Shown here one piece after another: positions 1-12,946 of a stretch of DNA of 64,000 nt. Position numbers and translations under genes: made by a program. Numbering within the stretch: position 1 is the first letter of the stretch; every line of letters begins with the position of its first letter. The notes under the pieces were generated by a model, which searched no databases, was not told the DNA's origin, and saw only the letters and a list, made by a program, of their open reading frames with translations. The stretch is from Stylophora pistillata (lineage: Eukaryota): the NCBI RefSeq assembly GCF_002571385.2, contig NW_019217804.1:450306-514305 (forward strand), given 5' to 3'.

Positions 1-1199
1 GACATTTTGAGGAGCCTTCAGTGAAGGGCTTTCATGGTAATTATCATTAATCAGTTCACATGTGGGGTCTTCCCACCCTGTTGAAATTAATTTTAAGTGT
101 ATTGTCATTTACCTTTGCCCTTATTTATTGCGATCCAAGCGGTGTTTCACTGGGGAGATAAGAAATGTTGTTCCAATACTCGAGTACTATTACCTTGTTA
201 GGGGATGAATTGAAGCTTTATTCAACGCGTTTTACAAGAACAAGCGTCAAACCTGTCTCAGAGAAGTTTTCCTATAAATTATGGGGGCAGTTGTTTGTTC
301 ATGTTTTTATAGTCACAGTACCTGTCTCCATTACATTCTGCATGAGCCATATAAACAGTGCAGCTCGAAAATAAGGGGACCAAAATATGTGCTTAAAACG
401 CGCCTAGTACGTTTATAAGACCATTTCATAGGTCTTGGTCTCACGATACTTAATATTGTTTTTTATACTTAGCATTTTGTTTTCAATGCGGGTCGAGGGG
501 AAGGGGGGCGAAATGGGCGTTGCCATTTACTTACTTTGTTACTTGAAATTATTGTATTTGATAACCCTTATAAAGTAAGAACACCGCATACACATTCTAA
601 CTATTCTCCACTCGTCAAACTATTGTCGTCGTAGGTATATTCAGTTGTTGTAGTAGAGTAAGAATAAGATGTACCTAGGCAGTGAGAATGAGGTCAAACA
701 TAAGATGGAATGAATTAACCAAGACTCGTTCTTATTAATGAAGGTCTTAGTCTTTTTTTTCTTTTTCTCTTTTTTTTTTCTTTTCTTTTTACGGTGGAGG
801 TGTGTGCTGTGAAGCGCTTACTGGACATGCAATGCGAAAAAACTTGAGTTACAAACTGATCTTTAAGAAGTGCCACTAAGATATTTTTCTTGGATTTCTC
901 TTATGATTTCTGTTTCGTAAAGAACTGCAACACTATCGTATACCCAAACCTTGAGTAATTCAAATAATTAATGTTTGATTCTAATTACTTCCAAATATGA
1001 GAGAGCTGAACAGACTCCGCAAATAAAATAATTTTGAAAAACTTTTTTTGAAACACGTAGTAACGGAGCGCAAATGATAGGGAGCTTCCAAAAGTCGGTT
1101 AACTCTTAAGATCTCATTAGCAACTCTCCTTACTGCTTGCCATACAATTGTTATGATGTTAGTTGGGAGAATTTGGTATCGAATCAACTAATAACGTGT

Positions 1200-2213
1200 T
1201 TAGTTAGTTAGTTAAGCCCCTGGCTCCAGGTTGGAGCATGGGCCATCGACAAACTGCCGCCACTGACGCCTCTTTTCTGCCAGCTGTTGCAGCTCCTTCC
1301 AGCTCTTCCCGAGGACCTTCATCTCTTTTTCCGTATTCCTCCTCCAGGTATTCTTGGGGCGTCCCCTCTTTCGTTTTCCCTGTGGATTCCAACGCAGGGC
1401 TTGCCTCGCAATGCTGTTTGAAGGTCTTCTCAGCGTTTGGCCTACCCACATCCATTTTCTCCTCCTCACTTGCTTGACCATCGGTATTTGACCTGTCCAC
1501 TCCCAGAGCTCCTCGTTTGTGATCTTGTCTGTCCAATGTATCTTCAGGATTCGACGCAAACAATGATTGACATATTGTAACTTTCTTGCCGTTTTGACTG
1601 TCATCCTCCATGTCTCTGCCCCGTATAAAAGCGCAGCTTTTACATTAGAGTTGAAGATTTTCAGCTTAGTTGATGTAGATATGCTTCCAGAGCTCCACAT
1701 CTTCTTAAGGGAGTGGAAGGCTCCTCTTGCTTTATTAATCCTGTTTGCAAAGTCTGCGTCAGTTCCCCCACATATGTCTATTATGCTCCCAAGGTATGTA
1801 AACGATTCCACCTCTTCGATATCGGCGTCATTTACTCTGATCTTCCTCCTTGAACCTGAGTTAATCTTCATGACTTTGGTCTTTGCGGTGTTGATAACAA
1901 GGCCAGTTTTTCTTGACCTTTCTTCCAGAACGCTGGTTTTGTTCTGCATTTGGGCTCCTGAGTGAGATAGTAAAGCAATGTCGTCGGCATAATCCAGGTC
2001 ATCAAGCTGCTGGGTGAGCGTCCATTGTATTCCGTTCCTGTGGCCCGCTGTCGATGACTTCATTATCCAATCAATTGCCAGGAGGAATAAGAACGGTGAA
2101 AGAAGGCAGCCCTGCCTTACTCCGGTTTTAACTTCGAAGCTCTCCGACAGCTGGCCTTCATGAATGACTTTACAGGTGGTACCTTCGTAAGAGTTTCTTA
2201 TGGTGTGTTATCT
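1200..2213 (-). mobile_element. Non-LTR retrotransposon (RTE-like LINE), 3' part of reverse transcriptase ORF with (TAAC)n tail; 5' end lost in gap
   Basis: ORF 1212-2063 stays open upstream to the N gap. Motifs: GVRQGCLLSP, DLDYADDIALL, FTYLGS, C-terminal WNPQGKRKRGRPKNTWRR. Short tandem-repeat tail (TAAC)n directly after the stop codon. Confidence 0.92.
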
Positions 2214-2229
2214 NNNNNNNNNNNNNNNN

Positions 2230-2465
2230 AGTATTGGACCGGGCACTGTCCCGAATGGTCCCGAATGATACCGCACTTGTGTCCCTTTGAACTTCAGTCG
2301 TATAATAAATCTCTTATTAACCAAGCTTGCTCGGGACCGTACTGGAAGAATATCGGCCCTCGGTCTTTCTTGTACGGACCGAGCGCAGCGAGGTCCGTAC
2401 TGTCAAGACCTCGGGCCGATATTCTCCCAGTACGGCCCTCGCGCTTGGTTAATAAGATATATGTA
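2230..2465. repeat. Dispersed hairpin-ended repeat, family H2, copy 1 (second copy at ~44880-45207)
   Basis: Near-identical to 44973-45207. Contains a ~145 bp imperfect palindrome CTTATTAACCAAGC...GCTTGGTTAATAAG. Confidence 0.85.
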
Positions 2466-2754
2466 TCACCGGACATATTTTTCTTTGATGCCTTGAAAAC
2501 TCTGCGCTGCATTTCTAATCGATTGATAGTTTTTCATGCAGAAGTTCGAGCATTGAAACGTAAAGTACTAAAAGGAAGGGAATTCGAAAGTTAGTAAGGA
2601 TGTTATTGTTGACCCAGGCAATGAGAAACACCGTCATTTGTAACTCACAATTCACTGAATTTTTTTAGGCGGTAATTACTGGGTTATAGCATATCCCTTT
2701 ACTCACGTGCTTAAATGTGATGCTTTGTCAAATTTTTTTTTTTTTCTTTAATTG

Positions 2755-2849
2755 TTCAAATCCTCTTAGGAAGTCTAGAACGGCTTACATGCCAATTTTT
2801 TTTTCGAAATTTTCAAATCCTCTTAGGAAGTCTAGAACGGCTTACATGC
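2755..2849. repeat. Local direct duplication of ~38 bp
   Basis: TTCAAATCCTCTTAGGAAGTCTAGAACGGCTTACATGC occurs at ~2755 and ~2812. Confidence 0.8.
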
Positions 2850-4092
2850 AGTGAGGTCACTTCAATTTGAAAAAAAAGTCCAATTGGCATTTGAACTATT
2901 TCAAATACTTTTTCGTTCAATAACTGCATAGTTACACAGATAAGCTTCAGTTTGCGTCATTAATTACTTTCTTATCTTCTTCACACGTTGTCGTTTAAAG
3001 TTTCTGATAATTTTCTTTAGAAACTAACCGGTTTTATTAACCGCTTTTTATTGCGCTTAAGGTGCTAGCCATGCTTTGTGAGAGGCTTCTGACTGGCGTT
3101 TTCCTAATTGCGTTCGCCCATTCTTTTAGGGCTATTACGTAAACCACCGGTGCGCTGAATGATGTTCCTACTCAACCAAAGAGGTTATTTTCCAAATGGT
3201 TTCTGTCAGGCATTGAACAGTTTTATCGAAGTCGGCTGCGATGCCTATTATTCGCATGTTTTCAGTTTTGAGGAACAGGTAGACTTTTCTATGTCGAAAA
3301 TGGCTTGCTGATAATGAATAAAAACAAATCTAGGGTGGTGTACAGAGAGACCTCTTTGAACATTAAACTGTACATTCCTTGTGTCCCACTCTGAGTCAAA
3401 AAAAGGTTTTTCAACTATTTTCTCTTATTAAGGAGCATTTGCTACTCACGATTGTCTTGCTGTATTTTGTTTTTCTCTGAAATTTAGCTTGCTCTACATC
3501 GTGAAACCAAATCTCTAAATTTCTACTGACGTCTTTTAGTAAGCGGCTTTAGAAATGAACCACAATAAGTACAAAGGGATTACAACAATACCGATTACAT
3601 GCAAATCGCTTCAATTGGCTGTGTTTATTCGCTTGATTGATTACAAAGTCTTATGAAATTTTAATGTCAAGCAGCTACGTCGCTTACGACAACATGCCGT
3701 GTTAAGTGGTAGAGAAGGCATGACCCGAAGGGCTTTTGTTTGATAAATCCAATTTCGGAGCAATCACGGTCATTTGCGCGTGATTAGTTCAACTGGACAT
3801 GTTCGTGAGGATAGCGAAGTTTTAAACTGGTTCTTTCATTTTGTAAAAGCTCGCGTAGGAAGTCAGCACAAAGGTCATTTATCCAGAGAACATTAGTGAG
3901 TCGCTACAAAAAGTTAACAACAGGAAAGAGCGATCGAAAGAAACGACAGTTAAACAAGTGTATATGACCAACAAAAGGCTACTTTGTGACGGAGATGTAA
4001 GGTCCTGCATCTCTCTGCCTTCCTCAGTTAATGATAGAGAAACTACAAAGTCAACTATTGTAAGCGGCGGTTATAGTGAGGGAAGCTAAACA

Positions 4093-5118
4093 ATGGATAG
4101 GACGCCAAAGAAAGAAAGTTCGATGTCAGCTGTGGAAAGAATATTGGATTCGTTGAGATTATCACCAAAGTGGAGTCGTCAGTCGGCAGTAAACGGGAAA
4201 TCGGTCAAAGAAACCCGTATCATTGTAAACCGTGATAGTGGGTTAACAAACCAACACTTATCTTCTTATAACCGTAAACATGCAACAATATCAACGTCGA
4301 GTTCCGATTATCCTGAAACAGAAAAGAACGACTCTTTTTCGGACTCTGCCTACTCGCAAAGTTCTGAGACCTCGATCAATTCCGGCGACAGGAGATCACT
4401 TAATACAACTTCAACAGATTCGGATAACAACCGGTTATTTTATAAAGATACTTCGCCAAGGAGTCGGATCTGTTCGAGAGGCGACGCCGCTGAGGTAACA
4501 GACTTAGACGAGGGATACTTTAGGAGGGTTTTAATGTTGATGAAAGTTGTACTTTATTTACGACACAGCTTTCCTCTGAAACTGGTTCGAAGAAGAAGAA
4601 GAAGAAAGGTTTATCCAGCCGAGAATAGAAGAGATAAGCTCCAAGGTCACGAAAGTCCCAGTTTAAGTTCCAGTTCGATGGACTCGTGGGATTCGAGTGA
4701 ATATAGTGCGAGGAGCGCGCGAAGTCGAAAGCGTATCTCATTCACTCCTACAACTCTTCTTTTCTCTGCAGTAACGGAAAAGGCTTATGCGGAAGCTAAA
4801 AGTATTCTAGAAGAGCAAGATCTGGACTTGAATTCTCAAACTCCAAACGGGCAAACGTTACTACATATCGCTTCAGCAAATGCGGATTTGAAATGCGCTC
4901 AGCTTCTTATACAGCACGGCTCGGACGTAAATTTGAAAGATGCGAGCGGCTGGACACCTTTACATGCGGCAGTTAGGCGGGGAAACTGGAAATGTGCGAT
5001 TTTACTTATCGAGGCTGGTGCTGATTTCGGAGAATACGCACAGACAAGAATCCAAGAATACAATCAAGTTTTGCAAATGTCTTCTTCATATTATCGATCA
5101 GTAGAGATCTTTGTGTAA
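4093..5118 (+). CDS. Intronless ankyrin-repeat protein with RVxF motif; putative protein phosphatase 1 regulatory subunit (MYPT/PPP1R27-like architecture)
   Basis: 341 aa ORF with a Ser-rich N-terminus. RKRISF (RVxF-type) lies immediately before ankyrin repeats (GQTLLHIASANADLKCAQLLIQHGSDVNLKDASGWTPLHAAVRRGNWKCAILLIEAGAD). Confidence 0.8.
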   Translation: MDRTPKKESSMSAVERILDSLRLSPKWSRQSAVNGKSVKETRIIVNRDSGLTNQHLSSYNRKHATISTSSSDYPETEKNDSFSDSAYSQSSETSINSGDRRSLNTTSTDSDNNRLFYKDTSPRSRICSRGDAAEVTDLDEGYFRRVLMLMKVVLYLRHSFPLKLVRRRRRRKVYPAENRRDKLQGHESPSLSSSSMDSWDSSEYSARSARSRKRISFTPTTLLFSAVTEKAYAEAKSILEEQDLDLNSQTPNGQTLLHIASANADLKCAQLLIQHGSDVNLKDASGWTPLHAAVRRGNWKCAILLIEAGADFGEYAQTRIQEYNQVLQMSSSYYRSVEIFV

Positions 5119-6058
5119 TGAGTTTGTTTGTCTCTGAGTTGTCTTTATTTATTTACGTACCAGTCTGTGGTACTTTGATTCTGCAATTACTTTATCGTTA
5201 AGACACGATCCTAAATGGTAATAATGACGCCTTTCACTGATTTAATATAATAACAGAGTTTCCGTACAGCCGAATTTAATTATGATGACTTATGAATAAA
5301 GAACGATTTAATATCGATTTTGAGTTGGAGAATTTTTTCTTAGCAGATTCTTCATTTTGGTCAATATCGCTCTATGCAGGAGTCCATGACTTAGTTGTCG
5401 GCATGTATCGAGTTCAAATCAACTTAAATGTTCTTCATTGTCGCACACAGTGGGGTCAAAGTCAGTCACAATCGATGTGTAACAAACTATTATGAAAATT
5501 CAAAACATTCGAGTAAGGAGTTTTCTTGGACGAGAATAATGTAGAATTTTTGTTGCGCTGATTATGATGAATTTTAACGCAGGGTATATTTACCAATCTT
5601 ACCTTTTGCCTATAAAGCACGTTGGTTAAAAATGAAATATCTTTTAGCCTGCAGTGAGCACTCGAACGACACTGATTTAGGCATTACAATTATCACTAAT
5701 AGCACTTTGTTATTGTTTAAGTGGTATAAAGAAGTCAAAGACACGATTCTCTCCCGAACAAAACACCCAAATAGGCTGGTTATGGCTTATAGGACTTTCT
5801 CTATGGTTCAGTCGAATGCAAATGGCCATAGTTTGAATAATGGAATACATATCTATGGCTATCTTTTAAAAAAGTCAAGTGTTTTATTAAACGCTGTTTT
5901 AATCTAACAAATATGTCCAATGCTTCAGCGGACAAGAATTCTAAGAACGTAACTGGCGGTTTGAGGTGTGCCACCCATTTTGAACCCATTTAGGACAAGG
6001 TCACTGCAAAATGGACATAATTGGTTTATCAGTGAGCACATTGGCAGCCACTTCTCCA

Positions 6059-6375
6059 TATGTTTTGACACCGAACAGATTTTGAGCACTTGGTTTTTCT
6101 CAAAACAAATCTTCGTTAGGTTTTGAAATGAACAGATTTTGAGCTTTGACTGGCCTAAAAAAATTTGACACGTAGTTTCCTTACATTTTTAATATGCTTA
6201 TTGTTAAGACTGAAGTTTTGTATGTTTTGACACTGAACAGATTTTGAGCAGTTCTTGTTCTCAAACAAATCTTCGATAGGTTTCGAAATTTAACAGATTT
6301 TGAGCTTTGACCTTAAAAAAAAAAAAAAAAAAACTGACAAGCAGTTTCCTTACATTTTTAACTTGTTTATTGTTT
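6059..6375. repeat. Local tandem duplication of ~160 bp
   Basis: TATGTTTTGACAC..AACAGATTTTGAGC...GTTTCCTTACATTTTTAA is repeated at ~6059 and ~6221. Confidence 0.75.
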
Positions 6376-6752
6376 AGGCCTTTGCTTATTTTGTCTTTTT
6401 AATTGTTGTTTAATTCATACTATTTGGATAAAATGATAGAACCGGGAAGGTTGTTTAGAGAGGTCAGATCAATTAACTGGTGCAGTCAATGAATTAAATA
6501 CATGCGATTTTCGTTATTACGCGATAGGCATAAGCGACTGCGCAAGTCGGCTCGGTGTTTAAATTGCACAGTGGTAAAACTTGTATGATCCGAAGGGGAA
6601 CGTCATGTATGGAAAAATGTATTATGCCGTTTACCGATCAGAAACCACCACTCTCGGCAAACGTGCCAGGAGCTAATTGAAAAATGCAGAATTTAGACTT
6701 GATTACCGCGTACTTGATTACAAATGGCTCGTTAGCTGGCGCAGTTTTATTT

Positions 6753-7135
6753 AACAAATGGTAAACACCACAGCGTACACTATTGAGTTATGGATGCACG
6801 CTGGAGGTTGCTAAGCACGAAAGAAGCATAAGAGTCGCTCGAGGCGATAGCCGAGAGCGACTCTAGCTTCTTGAGTGCTTAGCAAACCTCCCAAGTGCAT
6901 CCATAACTCAATAGTGTACGATGTGGTGTTTACAATTTGTTTTATAACATAACGTTGGTACATTGTAGCTAAAGAGTTCCCTTTTATTTAACAAATCTTA
7001 CGTGACCAGAAAAAACAAGCGCGCGCGGAAAAATAGTCTTTGCATTTGCTCACGTCAGCAGCGTACACCCATGGGCAAATGGGGAACGCTAAATTGACCA
7101 ATCAGAGCGCGCGCTTTACTTTAGTTATGTTATAA
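6753..7135. repeat. Dispersed hairpin repeat, family H1, copy 1 (~190 bp palindrome plus ~190 bp arm)
   Basis: Palindrome at 6753-6941 (..CGTACACTATTGAGTTATGGATGCAC...GTGCATCCATAACTCAATAGTGTACG..). The arm at 6942-7135 is bounded by TTATAACATAAC/GTTATGTTATAA. Second copy at 10727-11106. Confidence 0.85.
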
Positions 7136-9407
7136 AAACGCATAGAAGAGTTTGCCTTCTGTCTGAAACTTATCTTTTAGATACTTAAAACACGTGTAAT
7201 TTATTGCATGCTAGACCAAACTAGGCTACTTCAAAGTATGCATCTTTCTCAGCAAAGGCGCGGGAAGTTAAAGTTCTCGCGGTTTTTTCATGGAAGATTT
7301 CCAAGGTAACCAATTTCATCACGAATCAAAGTGAAATAGTTGAGGTTTTTTTTTTTTTTTGCAGTAAGTATCGCTGCTGTTTTAAATGCATAGGTCAAAC
7401 GTCTCCCTTTAACATCGTAAGTAAATTTCCAAATGAAAATCAGAGTTAATTTTCACCAGCGGACAGTAAAGGGTTACGCTGCTGAAGGCTCTTGACGATG
7501 TTCATTTTCATTCTTTAGAACTTACATTTAGTTATTTGCGACAGCACCGTTTTAGAACAGGTTATTGAATTATAATAGTCCTTGTAGTACTCACATAGTT
7601 ACTACCAGTAGCGGCGTCTCCTTCATTGATAAATTTTTTATATGAGTGTCGAAAGTAACCCGGTTAAATTGTTATTCTTTTCCTTGTTCTGTAAACCAAT
7701 CAGACGCAAGACTTGGTTACTTGCATTACCCACAGTAACAGCGGCTTGCTTTCTAATTTTCAGTTTGGGTTCCGATTGGCTCCTTAACATATTTTTCTAT
7801 TTTCTCTTTGGCCTTGGCGATTATCATGCTTTTGGTTAAAGATTCACTTTACAGATCTGCCCCGCTATGAAGACCTTTATTTGTTTGAGTCGATCAATAG
7901 TTAAAATGCTGAAAACATTCTCTTATCGGTTGTAACATGTTTTCATCTCTTGCGCAATTTACTTTGGAGAGGGCCAACATTATTTTTTTCCATCATTCGA
8001 TCACTAACATCTTGGAACTTTTGTAGCAGTGGAACGAAAATTCCACGCTGTAATGGAGATGTTCTTTCGACAACTTTTGGGATAAAGGCAACTTCTCCGA
8101 TGACTTCCTGATTTTGAAATAAGTCAACTGTATTGAACGCCAGCGATAGTTAGAAAGTAGGTGATAAGCTCTTTTATTTAAATTGGCCGATTTTATCCTT
8201 AAAAGCACTATAAAAACTTACTTCGTTGGAATCTATTTTTATGCAGTTCTTCTTTGCTGAAGCTTGCCTACGTTCGCAGAAAACGGTGAATGTGTACCGA
8301 TTGCCGTTGAGTTCTCTTTCCTGCTAATAACGATTGGAAAGTAACCAGTTAAAGCGATGGCTCTTACAGCACAATACTTAACACGAGAAAGTTTCACCTT
8401 AGCGCAAGAGAATCTCCTTGAAGTTTTGTTTGTGATGTTTGTTTTCTTCAACTATGGAGTGAATTCCACTGAGTTGCGTTTAATTGTACATGTTGTAGTA
8501 AGTTGGAGGAAGTTATCTGGGCGCCCTACCTTAAATATTTGAAGAGAAGCATACTGATTTAAGACTATGTGCAAAACTTTTCACTTCCTGACTTTTACTT
8601 TCAATACTACCGAAATGTAACTTAGAACAGTCTCTTTTAGTTTTAAGAATATTGATTACCTAATTCTGTCAAAAACTAATCGCGAGGGTTCAAACCTCCT
8701 CGCTTTTGATACCCTCTGTGCTGTGTTTGAATTAATTTTCGACACGAATGTCCTAAATCTTCCGAGAAACAGGTGCATTCATCGTGATAGAAGAACTCCA
8801 GTCACTCCCACGTACGATTAGGTAACCTTTTTACCGTTCAAGAAAGATGAGAGACTATTGAGCCAAGTTTTAAACTTGACTTAATACTCAGATAAGATTA
8901 CTTTGGCAAGAGAAGTGGGTTTTAGAATGATTAAGCAACACGATGGAAACTGTAACGTGTAAAAACAGATTTATTAAAATCCCCTACAAGGTTAAATACT
9001 GAGTTGTATCACATCAAAACAACTGATCCTGATCAGTCAATAAAATAGTATTTATAATGATAACAATGTTAATAATTGAAAGCAAACTTAAAAATATCTT
9101 CTCTCATCGAGAGGAATAACAAATAGGTCAATTTATTATTGACAATCACCAAATAAAGTCTTTGCAAAATTCAACTTCAAAGGAATTTTGAAAGAAATTC
9201 TTCATTGTCATTATTTTTTCCTTCTTAGCAATTATATTTCGTCGCAAAAGTGATCAACACTATTTCTATTTCTTCACTATTTTTCCAAGAAGCGCGCAGT
9301 TACCAGAACAAAATGTATTGAATAGTTACTGTTACTGATTTATCAAGTAAAATAAATTAGAATTTAATTTAGTATACCACTCCCAGAGTGCATAGCAAAG
9401 ATTGACT

Positions 9408-12400
9408 TTATACACTAAAGACGCACGTGTACACCTCAGTGATGACATCATGAAAGGTATAATAGGTGACGTAGTTCCGGTAAATCCTCACGACATCATC
9501 AGTGATGGTAAGGTTCTAAACAAACAAGATTTCCAAGTTTTTAAAAAAGGTCAAACATTTCTTTACAGTTTTACCCCTAAATCAAACATTAGGGTCACGA
9601 AAAAAAAAAAAGGAAATGATCACTAATTAAAGAAGCTCTTGATTGTAAAACAAATTCTCCTTGTGAGCGCCTTCGCAAATGTATAGGGAACACTATGGAG
9701 AATACGCATATCTGATGTTAAGGTGTAAAGGGTTAACTGGATGTTCTCGTTTTCTCAGTAGGCGAGCGGAGTAAGAGATATTGGAGCACGTCACCGATGT
9801 ATTTATCTTTAACTTAAATAAGATTCATTACATTTCGTACTAATAAAACTAACGCTAACTAATGTCGATTGCATGCTAGTGCTTACTTAAGTTAGGACGT
9901 CAATGTTAGATGTCTTGGAAAACAGCGTTTTAAACTATTTTTACACTATTTTGTCCTTAATTAAAAGGTTAGCAAATGTAAGAGCTTGATCGTGATGATA
10001 TGGCATACATTTTAAGAAAACAACATTCAAAAGAAAACAGTTATAATATGATAAAAAGTGGATTTAAAGAACTTGTGTTGTTTTTGACATGGTTACAATT
10101 TTGTATCGCTATGTAAGCCTACCAGCCATTTTTTGTTGACAAGTGCTTGCAGATATCCACGAGTGTATCCATTTAACTGCGCCTCCGTCAACATAACTTG
10201 ACCAGTGGGCACAGAGTGACCTCTTATCAGCAGCTGAAGGTGAAACCAACAGAAAATTATTCATGCTCAAATGGACGATAACAAAGTCACAGCCAAAGAT
10301 AAATGAGACCAATAATGTTATTTTATAAGTGTAAAGCTAGTTTCGATCTGAGTTCTTATCGGCGAAAAATGAGGCCTTGGATTTTTTTTAAAGGATTCAG
10401 CAAAATAGCCCAGTTAAAGGTCTCCTATTACATTTAACAAGTTAACTGAACTGAATATTTTGGCGAGAAACATATTCTTTTCGGGTTCTTCTAAAAACTT
10501 GAGACCCTTAGGTATGAACACTTTGCTCGATCGAGATTGAATCTGGTAAATGCTGGTCGTCTCAGAGTAACTCTACGTCTCCTGTATTATCATGATTGCA
10601 GGTCTTCTTTACGAACTGCATCTAGCCTTTAAGGTATCCTAGGTTTTTTAGTGCAGTAATCACTGCTCTAGGTGCATGTAACTAAGTTAGTCGTGATCAG
10701 AGGAATGTCCTCTTGAATACTGAGAATTATAACATAACCAAAGTAAAGCGCGCGCTCTGATTGTTCAATTTAGCGTCCCCCATTTGCCCATGGGTGTACG
10801 CTGCTGACATGAGCAAATGCGAAGACTATTTCGCGCGCGCTTGTTTTTTCTGGCCACGTAACATTTGTTAAATAAAAGGGATCTCTTTAGCTACAATGTA
10901 TCAATGTTATGTTATAAAACAAATGGTATACACCACAGCGTACACTATTGAGTTATGGATGCACGCGGGAGGTTTCTAAGCACGAAAGAAGCGTAAGAGT
11001 CGCTCGAGGCGATAGCCGAGAGCGACTCTAGCTTCTTGAGTGCTTAGCAAACCTCCCAAGTGCATCCATAACTCAATAGTGTACGATGTGGTGTTTACCA
11101 TTTGTTAATTAGGGAGAATATTACCTCATGTCTTAAAGTGCTAACTGTACTATTCAGAAAAAAGCTTGTCTCCCTGAGAACACTTGCTAGCACCGTGTAC
11201 TTGTGCCCATGTGCTTCTTCATAAGAGTACGCCATGTACAGTGGACTGATGTAGTTAGAGAGCTTTAAGTAACTGATAGTGAGCTTGTCTTTTAATTGCT
11301 GGATAAAAAAAAGGATTACGATTGTCAGATGGAGAGCGACTGTCAACTGAGTGTAAAAAGTTATCATGGATGACATTAGTTTTACTTATGCCCCTTTCAT
11401 GATTGGTGTAGAAAACTCGCACCGTGCTCTCGACCAATCAGATGCCAACTAAAGTCCATCAAAGGAAGCTGATGGTTTGCGTTTTCTTGTGCTTCAGATA
11501 GTTTACTTCACATTTATATTCTTTGAGCTTTCATTAGCTTCATAATAATTATAGATTTTTTCGCGATTGTCCGATAGATTTCTTTGGTTTTGATATTAGG
11601 ATCAATCTAAAAGCCCTCCGTATACATTAATCTGCACTTTGGCCAAGCTACGTTGATCTGCACTGTTTGATTAGGTTCATCCTGGTCAGAAAATCTCAAA
11701 TAATGGTTGTTATGTTAAAACCAGGGCTATGCACCCAAATGTTAAATGAGGAAGTTTGCAACAGATCACTTTCTCTCTAGGTTTAGCGAGGAAAAAACGT
11801 TTGCGGGTTGTTGAGAGGATTTGAGAAAGGTTCCTAAGTCGCCAGGCGAAAGGGAGTGGGTTAAACCCTTTACGTTGAGGTAGGGTGGGGTGCGGTAGGG
11901 GGGGGGAGGGTGATAGATTTGAGTATGCCACAGACTTGACTTTTATTACATACCAGATTTGAAGAGCACCTTTTCGTCACTATTACTCCAAGCATCATCA
12001 TTGTCTCCTGCAGATCGTTCGTCGAGGTTATGAAAGGATACGTGGTTTGCATCTGCAGAGATATTTTTAGTTACATATCAACAATCTACAGGAAAAAATC
12101 ATGACTGCTTAAATTGTCTCTTTCAGCGGCTCGTACTCGTCACATGTTGCAGCACGGCGCATGCGTACACGGCGCATTTCGGACTGAAACATTTAGCTTG
12201 GAACTAAAGTTCTCTAAACTAACACTAGAGTTCTCTAAACTAACACTAAAAGGATTGGAAGGGAAACAGTAATGAGAATTGCAACTTTAACGGCGGCACG
12301 TACCTCTTTAGTTGCGTTTTTGATCCTAGGTGCTATGATGTCTTTGATGAGTAGTTGAAGTCTCCTTGATTTTGAATTCGCGGAAGAACTTTGACTATGT

Positions 12401-12456
12401 GAGATCATTATCAAAACAAATATCATTCCAAACACCGCCTTTAAAATTAGTTCCAT
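9408..12456 (-). CDS. Secreted helical-cytokine-like protein, paralog A (214 aa, 5 coding exons)
   Basis: Exons 12456-12304, 12052-11954, 11298-11125, 10233-10123, 9515-9408; all GT-AG, all phase 0. MELILKAVFGMIFVLIMISHSQSSSANSKSRRLQLLIKDIIAPRIKNATKE/MQTTYPFITSTNDLQETMMMLGVIVTKRCSSNL/QLKDKLTISYLKLSNYISPLYMAYSYEEAHGHKYTVLASVLRETSFFLNSTVSTLRHE/LLIRGHSVPTGQVMLTEAQLNGYTRGYLQALVNKKWL/NLTITDDVVRIYRNYVTYYTFHDVITEVYTCVFSV*. The gene model is strong; the cytokine identity is inferred. Confidence 0.88.
10727..11106. repeat. Dispersed hairpin repeat, family H1, copy 2 (in intron 3 of paralog A)
   Basis: Arm 10727-10917 is the reverse complement of 6942-7135. Palindrome 10918-11106 matches 6753-6941 in the same orientation. 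Confidence 0.85.
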
Positions 12457-12739
12457 TCCTAGTTCGAAAGAAATGAAAAGTAACTGTCAAGTATTAAATA
12501 TTAAATTCAGGAAAATAACTATTTGACGCATTTTTGTCGATTGAACACAGGGATGATGTCCCAGTGGACGTGAGAAAATTGACTTGATTATTGAATTTAA
12601 AGTGAACTTAAAAATTAAGTTCAACTTGTTACTGATTTGTTTTTGTTAGCGACCGAAGCTAAGAGAGCTTTTTCCTCTCCTTTCGTTTCCTTTTTCGATA
12701 GTTTTTAGAAAGCTACATCTGGTGGTTGTTAATGCTCAC

Positions 12740-12946
12740 CTCTTTCTTTTGCGATCATTAAATTCCTCTGTAATGAAGTTATATTTCTAAAACTGGCTAT
12801 GACTATCGATTGCAAGTTGCCTTTATATTGAAGACAAATTTCTATTTTTCCTTCCCTTACCTCATTCTTCCTTTAAGGTTCTTCCGCACCATTATATTCC
12901 TGTTGTGTTTAAGTTCCTTCTATCATAGTTACGAAAGAAAGTTTCC
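12740..12946 (-). promoter_or_regulatory. Paralog A core promoter and non-coding exon
   Basis: TATAAA at 12827-12822. Donor GAG|GTGAGC at 12740, acceptor TAG 2 nt before the ATG. kB-like GGAAACTTTC at 12946-12937. Confidence 0.55.

Noticed and set aside
1204-1965. Overlapping and antisense ORFs (1204-1611, 1238-1477, 1567-1965)
   Set aside because: Shadow frames of the LINE reverse transcriptase.
2160-2594. ORFs on both strands here and at 44740-45224
   Set aside because: They arise from a palindromic non-coding repeat; no protein motif.
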